Of a DNA stretch of 63,526 bases, positions 29,590-38,746 are shown piece by piece. The stretch lies in contig JAOAEV010000008.1 in assembly GCA_026416585.1 (NCBI GenBank), forward strand, positions 1-63,526, written 5' to 3'. The stretch comes from Chlorobiota bacterium (lineage in GTDB: Bacteria; Bacteroidota; Ignavibacteria; Kapaibacteriales; NICIL-2). The notes beneath the pieces are model-generated. The model was not told the DNA's origin and did not search any database. It saw only the letters and a program-made list of their open reading frames with translations. Position numbers and translations under genes: made by a program. Within the stretch, counting starts at the first letter, position 1. Every line of letters starts with the position of its first letter.

Positions 29590-30656
29590 TTGAGCGAAGC
29601 AACATACCGTTGAACATCATCCCATGAAAGTACTTTGCCACCATACATATTTAGACTCTTACTTGCTTTCATACTATCTGAATATGCACTCAGATCAGCT
29701 CCCATAGGACTCGGGAGTTGCTCACTACGGAGGAATGATGCTTTGCGCGCATCAATCAGTGTTCCTGGCATTGTGTAATCTGTTACTAAAACAAAAACAA
29801 TACGTTCGGTATCAAATTGCTTACTGCGCAAGTAATTGGCCATACACTCGATCGAGTCAAACTTGTACACTTTACCTGTAGTCAGAACAATTTCAGAGCC
29901 GAATCGCTGATCACTGATAATCATTTTGCACAATGTGCACTCATCAAGACCGTACCGAATAGGCTCTGGTGCAGGCGAACACGAAATGCCACTGACACCC
30001 GACAAGATGAGTGGAGTAATAACCAAGGTCAATTGTTTGATGGAACTCCGCTTGCCCTGATTGGAAGACTGATATGTAGTACGTTGCCGAAGCCCTTGCT
30101 GTGAGTACCACAATGCTGCACCCCCAGCAACGATAGCCAACACGATTGCGTAACCACCCCATGACGGATACGAATGTGCTGTGATATTGAGCAACTGCTC
30201 CGTACCAATAAGTGGCGGTTTGTATATCATACCTTCTATCTTGATCGGAGCATTTGGATTGAGATTAGTGCCATAGTCACGTTCCCATTGATCGAAATCA
30301 TATAACCCAACAGCACAACTTATAACCATCGCCCCCACCCATATTCCAATGGTCCAGCGCCGTGGGAATATCAATGTAGCAACACCAAGGACAATCAAAC
30401 CACCAAGAATAAATGGCATAGCATGTAGCTCTGGGATGCTGTCCGGTTCGATAGGTTTCATACCGATGTAGTGATTCAAAATGTTGATATTCTCTAAATC
30501 GTGCTCGCCAATACCGCTGATGGTGTGGACGTAGATATACAGACCAATTGGTTCAGGGTATTGTGGCGCTTCCAGCTCAATCTGCCACAGTGGAAGCACG
30601 TATGCCAGTGCTAACAGCAGGATTCCCACCATAATCGACATTCTTGTTGCTTTCAT
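29586..30656 (-). CDS. nosL: NosB-like membrane domain fused to the NosL copper chaperone
   Basis: N-terminal LEAPQYPE...NILNHYIGMK (NosB-type); C-terminal CTLCKMII, FDSIECM, SPMG (NosL). Confidence 0.85.
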   Translation of the reverse strand: MKATRMSIMVGILLLALAYVLPLWQIELEAPQYPEPIGLYIYVHTISGIGEHDLENINILNHYIGMKPIEPDSIPELHAMPFILGGLIVLGVATLIFPRRWTIGIWVGAMVISCAVGLYDFDQWERDYGTNLNPNAPIKIEGMIYKPPLIGTEQLLNITAHSYPSWGGYAIVLAIVAGGAALWYSQQGLRQRTTYQSSNQGKRSSIKQLTLVITPLILSGVSGISCSPAPEPIRYGLDECTLCKMIISDQRFGSEIVLTTGKVYKFDSIECMANYLRSKQFDTERIVFVLVTDYTMPGTLIDARKASFLRSEQLPSPMGADLSAYSDSMKASKSLNMYGGKVLSWDDVQRYVASLN

Positions 30657-30684
30657 CTTTATTTCTCTCAATGTGATAGAAATT

Positions 30685-30717
30685 GGGGCAGGTTCGACAT
30701 TCAGTCTTCCCTGCCCC
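30685..30717 (-). terminator. Intercistronic hairpin after nosZ
   Basis: GGGGCAGG (30685-30692) and CCTGCCCC (30710-30717) form an 8-bp stem with inner GAC/GTC; followed on the minus strand by AATTTCT. Confidence 0.55.
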
Positions 30718-30747
30718 GTGCTGATGAGAGTGTGCTACATCGCACAA

Positions 30748-32706
30748 CTATTTACCAATACCGTAACTAATTGGAACGGCTGCACCTGCCGCTGAGACAC
30801 GCACATATCCCTGCATCTCTTGATGGAGAGCGGAACAAAAATCTGTGCAATAAAAAGGATACACACCTGATCGCGTCGGTGTCCATTTTAGTGTTTGAGT
30901 CTCCCCCGGCATAATAAGCATTTCCGCATTCTGAGCACCCTGCACCGTAAAGCCATGTGGAATGTCCCAGTCCTGTTCGAGGTTCGTCACATGGAAATAC
31001 ACTACATCCCCGACTTTTATCCCCTCGATATTGTCAGGACTAAAGTGCGACCGTATCATTGTCATGTACACATGCACTTCATTACCTTTCCGTTCGACAC
31101 GTACATCTTTTTCAGCCTTGACAGCAAACGGGTGCTTATTCTCCGCAAGTTTGAAAATGCGGACCGAATTCTTCGCTAGCAAGTCTGCAGGGCAGGCTTG
31201 AGCATAATGTGGCTCTCCAACTGTCGGGAAATCAAGTAATAGTTTCATCTTTTCGCCTTCAATACTATACAGTTGTGCTGATTGTGTCAACTCAGGACCT
31301 GTAGGCAAATAGCGATCCTTCGTAATCTTGTTGAGTGCAATCACATACTTGCCCCATGGTTGCTTGCTGTCGCCGCCAGGTATGCACAAGTGACCAATCG
31401 AATAGTAAGTTGGGATTCGGTCAACGACTTCCCATGTGCCGAGTTTCCACTTGACAATCTCTGATGAAACAAACATAGATGTATATGCATACCCTTTCCC
31501 ATCAAATTCTGTATGAAGTGGACCCAAACCCGGCTTTTGCACTTCGCCGGCAATACATGCTTCATATTTAATGATCGGAATGCCATCAACATCACCCTCA
31601 AAAGCATTGTCCTGAATAGCCTTCTGCATTCTTGAAAATGAGTACACCGGAATAACGGTTGCCAGTTTACCACCAGCAACAATATACTCACCAGACGGGT
31701 CCACATCTACCCCATGTGGAGATTTGGGACATGGCATCAGATACATCATGTTCGGGCATTCCTTCGGATCGAGTACGAGTACGTCGTTGTACACTGTATT
31801 ACTTGCGGTATGTGTTGCTTCATCATAACGGTTACTGTAATACGTCGCTTTGACACGTTTGCCTTTCCCTTGTTTGGCATATTCTTCGGCTTTTTTCCAA
31901 TTGACTGCTAAGATGAAGTCTTTGTCCTTCTGACTTGCATTGACCTCGAGCAGTGTATATGCTTTTTCCGAGTTATAGCATGAGAAAAAAGACCAATCGT
32001 GTGAGGGTCCCTTACCACAACGACTTAGGTCCCACTTAAAAGGTGGTGCGAGAATTTGGAATGCTACACTCATGTGTCCTGTTGTCGGCTCTATCTGTAC
32101 AAAAGAAATTACACCCTTAAAGTGCTGTTTGTAGGAACTGATCGGTACGTCTTGTCCTCCTGGTGGAACACTAAAGCGTGTACCGGCCACCACATACTCG
32201 GTGTTTTCTGTACAAAATGGCGACGCGTGGTTACCACCACTATTGGGAATTTCTATGATCTCAACTGTACGGAAGGTACGTAAATCGATACGCGCAATGC
32301 GAGGAGTATTATTTGCATTGATGAATAACCAGCGCCCATCGGGTTTCCCAGCTGTCATCGAGAATACCGGATGATGGGTATCATCCCATGGGATAAAACC
32401 GTAAGAAGTTTGTAGAAGCGGCTTCGTTTCTTCAGTAAAACCGTAGCCTTTCTCTGCATCAATACTAAAGACTGGAATGATGCGGAACAACCGTCCCGAA
32501 GGAAGTCCATAGACACCAACTTGTCCATTGAATCCACCAGACGTAAAAAGATAAAACTCATCATGCTTGCCTGGCGGTATGTACACTGCTTTCGCTGCAT
32601 CGTCGCTTGCCATTGCCGTCGAAGCACCGCTGTTTTTACAGCTTTGCACAGCAAAGCTTAGCACAAGCAATGTTGCTGCAATTGAGGGCCAAAGGTACCG
32701 TTTCAT
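30748..32706 (-). CDS. nosZ: Clade II (Sec-dependent) nitrous oxide reductase
   Basis: SGGFNGQ, WDDTHH, GNHAS, SPHG, GPLH, EPHY CuZ histidines; CuA CTDFCSALHQEM; Sec/lipoprotein signal VQSC with no twin Arg; alternative GTG start at 32736. Confidence 0.97.
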   Translation of the reverse strand: MKRYLWPSIAATLLVLSFAVQSCKNSGASTAMASDDAAKAVYIPPGKHDEFYLFTSGGFNGQVGVYGLPSGRLFRIIPVFSIDAEKGYGFTEETKPLLQTSYGFIPWDDTHHPVFSMTAGKPDGRWLFINANNTPRIARIDLRTFRTVEIIEIPNSGGNHASPFCTENTEYVVAGTRFSVPPGGQDVPISSYKQHFKGVISFVQIEPTTGHMSVAFQILAPPFKWDLSRCGKGPSHDWSFFSCYNSEKAYTLLEVNASQKDKDFILAVNWKKAEEYAKQGKGKRVKATYYSNRYDEATHTASNTVYNDVLVLDPKECPNMMYLMPCPKSPHGVDVDPSGEYIVAGGKLATVIPVYSFSRMQKAIQDNAFEGDVDGIPIIKYEACIAGEVQKPGLGPLHTEFDGKGYAYTSMFVSSEIVKWKLGTWEVVDRIPTYYSIGHLCIPGGDSKQPWGKYVIALNKITKDRYLPTGPELTQSAQLYSIEGEKMKLLLDFPTVGEPHYAQACPADLLAKNSVRIFKLAENKHPFAVKAEKDVRVERKGNEVHVYMTMIRSHFSPDNIEGIKVGDVVYFHVTNLEQDWDIPHGFTVQGAQNAEMLIMPGETQTLKWTPTRSGVYPFYCTDFCSALHQEMQGYVRVSAAGAAVPISYGIGK

Positions 32707-32732
32707 CGCAGTCTCCAATAAGTGTGAAACAT

Positions 32733-33188
32733 TCACTTCGCACCATCCACCTGACGAAAGTATTCGAGGATAGCACGTGCTTGTTCTTTGCTGATATCTT
32801 GAAAGGTCATTGGTGTTAGGTAGGTTGCAAGTAATTCCTTAGCAGTTTGGTCTTTCTCGAGCATTTCTGATGGATTGAGTATCATGTTCATGATCCACTC
32901 TGGCTTTCGGCGCTGTGTGACACCTTTAAGCGCAGGACCCACGTATCGCTCTTCAAACTTGTGACAGGCTGCACACTTCTGCTCAAATATTGCTTTGCCT
33001 TTTTCCGCCAATCGAGAATCTATTGCCCCCAATTCGATGCGCTGGACAGGACCAATTCCGACATCGCTTACACTATTATTATCATGCTTTGCTGCTGATT
33101 CCGAGGCTGCCTTGCGATCGCTACACCCACTTAGCACTGCGCCAATGAGCACAATAGCAGCGATTCCTTGCTTCATTGGTAACATCAT
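32733..33188 (-). CDS. nosC: Monoheme cytochrome c of the nos cluster (lipoprotein)
   Basis: LSGC lipobox, GIGPV, CAACH, GPALKGVT, WIMNMILNP. Confidence 0.85.
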   Translation of the reverse strand: MMLPMKQGIAAIVLIGAVLSGCSDRKAASESAAKHDNNSVSDVGIGPVQRIELGAIDSRLAEKGKAIFEQKCAACHKFEERYVGPALKGVTQRRKPEWIMNMILNPSEMLEKDQTAKELLATYLTPMTFQDISKEQARAILEYFRQVDGAK

Positions 33189-33322
33189 ACGTTTTTTATT
33201 AAAAAATACCTTTTGGTCTAAAATACGAAAACAAAATAGTATTATTGTACATACTTATCAATAATTCAATATATTTAATTGCACGTAATTTGCTTTATTA
33301 GAAGTTTTTCTTTTCAAGAGCG
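33189..33322. promoter_or_regulatory. AT-rich divergent promoter region between nosC and smc
   Basis: Most AT-rich stretch in the window; inverted repeat ATTATTG-N11-CAATAAT (33241-33265); TAATTTGC at 33286-33293 before smc. Confidence 0.6.
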
Positions 33323-36300
33323 ATGTACCTATCGCGTATCGAACTGCATGGTTTCAAATCGTTTGCTGATCGTACTATTCTTCGCTTCGGTGAAGGACTA
33401 ACAGCCATCGTTGGTCCCAACGGAAGTGGAAAAACCAATATCATCGATGCTATTCGCTGGGTCCTCGGCGAGCAAAAGACATCGCTACTCCGTGCCGACG
33501 GCATGAGCGATGTTATCTTCAGCGGTACCCGGACCCGGAAGCCGCTTGGCATGGCAGAGGTCTCGATCATCATCGAAAACACGAAACGAATTCTTCCCGC
33601 AGAATTTTCGGAAGTTGTCGTCACACGGCGTCTGTTTCGTGATGGCGAAAGCCAATACTTTCTCAATGGAAGCCCCTGCCGGCGGAAAGATATCGTGGAA
33701 TTATTTACCGATACTGGCATGGGTGCCGACGCGTACTCGGTTATCGAGCTAAAAATGGTCGAACAAATCCTCGAGGACCACTCCGATGAACGTCGTCACC
33801 TTTTTGAAGAGGCAGCAGGCATCGTTAAGTACAAACAGCGTCGCAAAGAGACTCTCGCCAAGCTCGACGCGACCCGCAATGACCTAGAACGCGTCGTCGA
33901 TCATTTGACGGAAGTACGCCGCACTGTCAACTCCCTCAAGCGCCAAGCCGAACGTGCCGAGCGGTATAACGAACTCTCAAGCCAGTTACGCTCGCTCCAG
34001 CTTGAACGCACGGTCCGCACATTCGCAGAGCACATACGCGCGCTATCACAGCTTGACGAACAGATCGTCTCGATTACTGGCGAGCGTGATAATGCAAGAG
34101 CAAACTTGGAATTGATTGTACGGCAGAGTACACTCCTCGATCAGGAACGTGCGTCTCTCGAAATTCAGCGTGAGGAGGTTCTCTCTGAACACGGCCGCGT
34201 CAGTACCCAGCTTGCTGAAATTGAACGGAGCAGTGCTGTACTTCGCGAGCGGATTTCAGCGGCTGAAGCGACACTTTCGTCAGTGCTTGACGACGTCCGT
34301 AGCCGCGCAATCCGCCGCGACCAGCTCGACGACGAAATCGAACGTCACCAAAATGAATTGGAAACTCTTCAGCGGGAGCATACGGAAACAGAACAGCAAC
34401 GCAGCCAACTCGTTAGCGAGATATCTGTGCTTCACCAGGAGCTTGAAGACGCACGATTCCAACTTCAGAGTGTAACAGAACCCCTTCGCACGCTCGAACG
34501 CGAGCATGAGCGACTCAATGCGTATCGCTCCCAACTACGGCGCAATGTGGAGCTTCTCCAGCAGCGCGCTACCACATTCACAGAACGACTATCCAGCCTT
34601 CACCGTATCTATTCAGAATCTGAGACACAACATCACACCCTCACTAAGCAATATGATCGTGCACGTGCAGAGCAACGCGAAAAGGAACATACACTGATTA
34701 CGGCACGGCAGCAACGCGAGAGTATTGAACATACGATCGAACAGCTTCGCCAACAACGTGAAGCGTTTACCGAGCAGCTTTCTCACCTGCGTGCTGAGCA
34801 TGCACTGGTTTCGAGCATTATCGTCCATGCAGAGCTCGACCTTTCGTCTGCAGAGAATTTTCCAGTGCCGGACGTGGCAACGCTTGGTGACACAATCTCT
34901 ATCGATCAACGATGGGCAGTGGCACTGGAATCGGCACTGCGCGGCGGCCAGCACTATCTACTCGTCCCAACCCTGGATCAAGCAGCAGCAGTTGCAGCAT
35001 GGCTCCATACGCACCGTCGCCCCAAAGTTCATATCATCTGCACAGAATTGATACCACACATCCCAGAACCGGAGCCACTCCCGAACGCATTTGGCGCACA
35101 GTGGCTTTCATCGCTGATCGAATGCGATGAGCCGGTCGCGTCATTGCTGCGTGCAATGCTCGACGGTGTTACAGTCACTGAATCGCTTGACCATGCGGAT
35201 AGACTTTTTGCGAGCGCTCGTAACATTCGTGCTGTTGTGACGCAAGACGGTCAGATGCGATTCCGCGAAGGTATTTTCCGCGTTGGTGTACTTCAGCGTA
35301 CCGAAGGCTTGAGTATCGGTCGTCACGAACGCTTAGCTACTATCGAACAACGAATTGAGCAGATTGAAGCAGAATTGTCAGCAGTCGCAGAAGCTCTTGT
35401 TGCCGCTATAGCCCAGCGCGATAGCATCGATCTTAAGCAACTCGGCGATTGTGCCCGCGATGCAGAGCGTACTACGTTGGAGATATATCGACAGCTTGAC
35501 CAGCTTCACATTCACCGCCAACAGCTCGAACGAACCATTGCAGAACTCGAAGCAGAGCTCAAAAACATTGCACATGAGCAGACAGCCCTTGCTGCAGAAG
35601 ATGCAGCACTTGATGAGCGGTTGAGTGCCAACGAGATCGAACAAACTGAGCTACTTGGCAATCGTGAAGCTTTCGTTGAACAGGTGCGTCGGCATGAACA
35701 GCGAATAGTTGCTCTCGATCAGCAACTGCGCGACGCCGAACGCAATACTATTCGCCAACGCGCACGGATCGAAGCGCTTCGCGATACACTTTCCCGCCTG
35801 GAAGCACAGCGATCTGCGCTCGATTCTGACGAGGAAGGATCGCACATTGAGCATGAGCAATTGCGATCTCAACTGACTGCCATGGAAATAAAACTGACTG
35901 AATACAACACCCAACAGCAGATAATCGCCGAACAACTCGAAGCAATTGTTACTCGTCGTCGCAGCCTCGAAGAAGCAATCAGCGAAAAGCGAGTACTATT
36001 ACAGTCGCACAATGAAAAAGCTGCTACATTCCGTTCGCATATGGAGCAACTCCACCAGCGATTGCACGCGCTGAGTATTGAGCGCGAGCGATTGTTTACC
36101 ATCTGCGATCAGTTGAACGAACAGGGACGCAGCCGCTTCGGTGTCGAACTTTCGACATGTATTCCAACAAATGATCCACCAACCGAGCAACTCGACGCCA
36201 GTATTGCTCGCATTGAAGCACAAATTGCCTCACTGGGAGCAATCAATTTTTCTGCACTCGAGCAATACCAAGAAGAACGTGCTCGACTTGATGAGCTCGA

Positions 36301-36856
36301 ACGACAGTATCGTGACCTCCAAGCATCGGAAGCCAATCTACGCGATACTATCGCTGAAATCAACAACACCGCTAGCCAACAGTTTCTGCAGACATTCGAA
36401 GCAATCAGAATGCACTTCAAGGAGCTGTTCGCACTGTTGTTTCATGGCGATGGCGATGCTGACCTGGTCATGGATGGCAACGATCCGCTCGAAGCACGCA
36501 TCAACATCATTGCTCGTCCTAAGGGCAAGCGACCATTGACGATCGAAATGCTATCTGGCGGTGAAAAAACACTCACGGCAATCGCTCTCCTATTTGCCAT
36601 TTACATGGTCAAGCCGTCTCCATTTTGCATCCTCGACGAAGTAGATGCACCGCTCGACGATGCAAACATTGACCGCTACTTGCAGCTCGTGCGGCGATTC
36701 AGCGAGACTACCCAGTTTCTGCTTATCACACACAACAAGCGCACAATGGAAGCAGCCGATATACTCTATGGCGTCACAATGCAAGAGCCGGGCATTTCGA
36801 AAATTGTCTCTGTGCGACTAACCGATCCAGAAATTGTCTCACCATCAGACCAATAG
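33323..36856 (+). CDS. smc: Chromosome segregation protein SMC
   Basis: GFKSF, GPNGSGKTN, long coiled coils with hinge, LSGGEK, LDEVDAPLD, ITH. Confidence 0.97.
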   Translation: MYLSRIELHGFKSFADRTILRFGEGLTAIVGPNGSGKTNIIDAIRWVLGEQKTSLLRADGMSDVIFSGTRTRKPLGMAEVSIIIENTKRILPAEFSEVVVTRRLFRDGESQYFLNGSPCRRKDIVELFTDTGMGADAYSVIELKMVEQILEDHSDERRHLFEEAAGIVKYKQRRKETLAKLDATRNDLERVVDHLTEVRRTVNSLKRQAERAERYNELSSQLRSLQLERTVRTFAEHIRALSQLDEQIVSITGERDNARANLELIVRQSTLLDQERASLEIQREEVLSEHGRVSTQLAEIERSSAVLRERISAAEATLSSVLDDVRSRAIRRDQLDDEIERHQNELETLQREHTETEQQRSQLVSEISVLHQELEDARFQLQSVTEPLRTLEREHERLNAYRSQLRRNVELLQQRATTFTERLSSLHRIYSESETQHHTLTKQYDRARAEQREKEHTLITARQQRESIEHTIEQLRQQREAFTEQLSHLRAEHALVSSIIVHAELDLSSAENFPVPDVATLGDTISIDQRWAVALESALRGGQHYLLVPTLDQAAAVAAWLHTHRRPKVHIICTELIPHIPEPEPLPNAFGAQWLSSLIECDEPVASLLRAMLDGVTVTESLDHADRLFASARNIRAVVTQDGQMRFREGIFRVGVLQRTEGLSIGRHERLATIEQRIEQIEAELSAVAEALVAAIAQRDSIDLKQLGDCARDAERTTLEIYRQLDQLHIHRQQLERTIAELEAELKNIAHEQTALAAEDAALDERLSANEIEQTELLGNREAFVEQVRRHEQRIVALDQQLRDAERNTIRQRARIEALRDTLSRLEAQRSALDSDEEGSHIEHEQLRSQLTAMEIKLTEYNTQQQIIAEQLEAIVTRRRSLEEAISEKRVLLQSHNEKAATFRSHMEQLHQRLHALSIERERLFTICDQLNEQGRSRFGVELSTCIPTNDPPTEQLDASIARIEAQIASLGAINFSALEQYQEERARLDELERQYRDLQASEANLRDTIAEINNTASQQFLQTFEAIRMHFKELFALLFHGDGDADLVMDGNDPLEARINIIARPKGKRPLTIEMLSGGEKTLTAIALLFAIYMVKPSPFCILDEVDAPLDDANIDRYLQLVRRFSETTQFLLITHNKRTMEAADILYGVTMQEPGISKIVSVRLTDPEIVSPSDQ

Positions 36857-36858
36857 CT

Positions 36859-37395
36859 ATGTTCTCGCCAATCGGAGGTGTCTTCGCAATGTTGATACTC
36901 TCATCGCTGCTGGTGTTTCCATCAGCAGCACAGCCGAAAGACTCTCTTGTTGTCGTTCGCGATACATTCGAGCGTCCCTTCCCTATTGTCTGGCGTAGTA
37001 TCAAGCAACTTATTGAGGAACAGCACTGCGGTATCGAAAGTGAAAAACAAAGCTTTGATGAACAAACGGAAATGTATCGTGGTAACATTCGTTCAGCGCC
37101 ATGCGTCCTCGCATCCGGCGAAGATTCAACGTATGAAGTGCTCAAACGCTACGGACGTGTTCCTATCATTCGCGGCGGTGTGTGGACATCGGGACGCATT
37201 CAGTACAATTTCAACGTCAAGGATCTTCCCGGAAAAAAAGTTCAAGTAGTTCTCACCGCAGAATTGAGTGGATACGAAGCATACGTAACGCACCTATCGC
37301 ATGCATGGAATGCCAACGGTATTCTCGAACGGCAGATGATGGAGCGCCTGCGGCAAATGCTTACCAAAGCAAAAGACGGCAGCAGCAGCCCTTAA
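36859..37395 (+). CDS. Hypothetical secreted protein
   Basis: Signal peptide ending SAAQ; starts 2 nt after the smc stop; fills the gap exactly. Confidence 0.7.
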   Translation: MFSPIGGVFAMLILSSLLVFPSAAQPKDSLVVVRDTFERPFPIVWRSIKQLIEEQHCGIESEKQSFDEQTEMYRGNIRSAPCVLASGEDSTYEVLKRYGRVPIIRGGVWTSGRIQYNFNVKDLPGKKVQVVLTAELSGYEAYVTHLSHAWNANGILERQMMERLRQMLTKAKDGSSSP

Positions 37396-38666
37396 GTCTT
37401 CTGCTTTTTCTTGTGTGCAGCGGGAAAGAGCACGTTGTTAAGAATCAGCCGGTAGCCAGGCGAATTCTTGTGGAGCGATAGATCGGTCGGAGGATCCCCC
37501 ACGGCGTGTTGGTAGTCTTCGGGATCGTGTCCAGCATAGAAGGTGAATGTTCCTCGACCGAAATTGCCATGGATATATTTGGCAAAGTCCGTTCCTTCAC
37601 GCTCGGCAAGGATGGTGACAGACTTTTTGATGAATTGCTTACGGAAGTACGTTGTTTGCCCTAAGAAGTTTTTGATGACGCTGACATGACATTGGGTGAG
37701 CATTGTTGGAACCGGGTCGTATTTAGCAGAAAATTCGAAAAGCGTAAAGTAGTCTGATGCCTGGTTCGGGATCAGAATCATGGGATCAACATCAACGTCG
37801 GAAAACTCGACGATTGCTGGATCGGTAATAACGTGAAAATTCTCGAATGCAAAACAGCGAGAAAAATCGAGTTTGCTTTGGCAGTCGGGGTCAACCGGCG
37901 TCCCATCGAAAAGTGCAGGTACAATATCCGTTGCATGAGCGGCTTGAGCGATGTCGTAGGTATCAGTTGCGGTACACATGGCGAACATGAATCCACCGGA
38001 AGCAACGAACTCACGGATTTTTTCGACAACGGCAAGCTTCAGCTCGCGAATGCTCCTAAAGCCAAGCTTTTGCGCTGTTGAGCGAAGCAGCTGTTCCTGC
38101 GCAATGTACCACGGAGCTGTCGCAAACGAATAGTAAAACTTGCCAATTTGACCCGTGAAGTCTTCGTGGTGCAAATGGAGCCAGTCATACCCTTCGAGTT
38201 TGCCGTGCAAGACCTCTTCATCCCATACCTTGTCGTATTTGATTTCGGCATACTCAAGTGCGAGGGTAACGGCATCATCCCACGGACGAAATCCCGGTGG
38301 TGCATACACAGCAATTTTTGGTGCTTTTTCCAGCCGAACAGCATCCATGTTATTGCTTTCACTTTGCACTTCGGCAAGAATGCTGGCAGCCGCTGCACCG
38401 TCGAGCACTTCAAAGGATACACCACGCACCCGACACTCCGCAGCAACTGCGTCGCTGTAATCGGCCATAAACGAGCCGCCGCGATAGTTGAGCAACCAAT
38501 CTACAGGCTGTCCTCGCGTAAGTACCCAATAGGCGATGCCATAGGCTTTCAAATGATCCGATTGTGCACGCGCGTCCATTGGAATCAGAATCTTTTGTGT
38601 CCAGGCTCCAACAGTGACAAGCGAGGCGAGTAAAGCAACAAGCAGGAATTGCATGACCGATACCAT
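37392..38666 (-). CDS. Conserved secreted protein of the family often labelled 'asparagine synthetase B' in Bacteroidota (function unknown)
   Basis: HLKAYGIAYW, WLLNYRGGSF, WLHLHHEDFTGQ, GHDPEDYQH, NSPGYRLILNNVLFPAA; signal peptide. Confidence 0.8.
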   Translation of the reverse strand: MVSVMQFLLVALLASLVTVGAWTQKILIPMDARAQSDHLKAYGIAYWVLTRGQPVDWLLNYRGGSFMADYSDAVAAECRVRGVSFEVLDGAAAASILAEVQSESNNMDAVRLEKAPKIAVYAPPGFRPWDDAVTLALEYAEIKYDKVWDEEVLHGKLEGYDWLHLHHEDFTGQIGKFYYSFATAPWYIAQEQLLRSTAQKLGFRSIRELKLAVVEKIREFVASGGFMFAMCTATDTYDIAQAAHATDIVPALFDGTPVDPDCQSKLDFSRCFAFENFHVITDPAIVEFSDVDVDPMILIPNQASDYFTLFEFSAKYDPVPTMLTQCHVSVIKNFLGQTTYFRKQFIKKSVTILAEREGTDFAKYIHGNFGRGTFTFYAGHDPEDYQHAVGDPPTDLSLHKNSPGYRLILNNVLFPAAHKKKQKT

Positions 38667-38746
38667 AGTGAAAAAGAAGCCACACCACAAACGAGTGCTG
38701 GAACGGTTTATTTTCGCGCCGTCCACTGTGTAAAAGCAACGCCTCT

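Noticed and set aside
26785-33322. nos cluster as an active mobile element
   Set aside because: No integrase, transposase, tRNA target or flanking direct repeats seen; kept only as a compositional island
33323-37395. SMC plus small downstream gene as a Wadjet/Mks-type defence system
   Set aside because: The protein is a canonical hinge-containing SMC; no jetABD/mksEF-like neighbours, and the downstream protein is secreted
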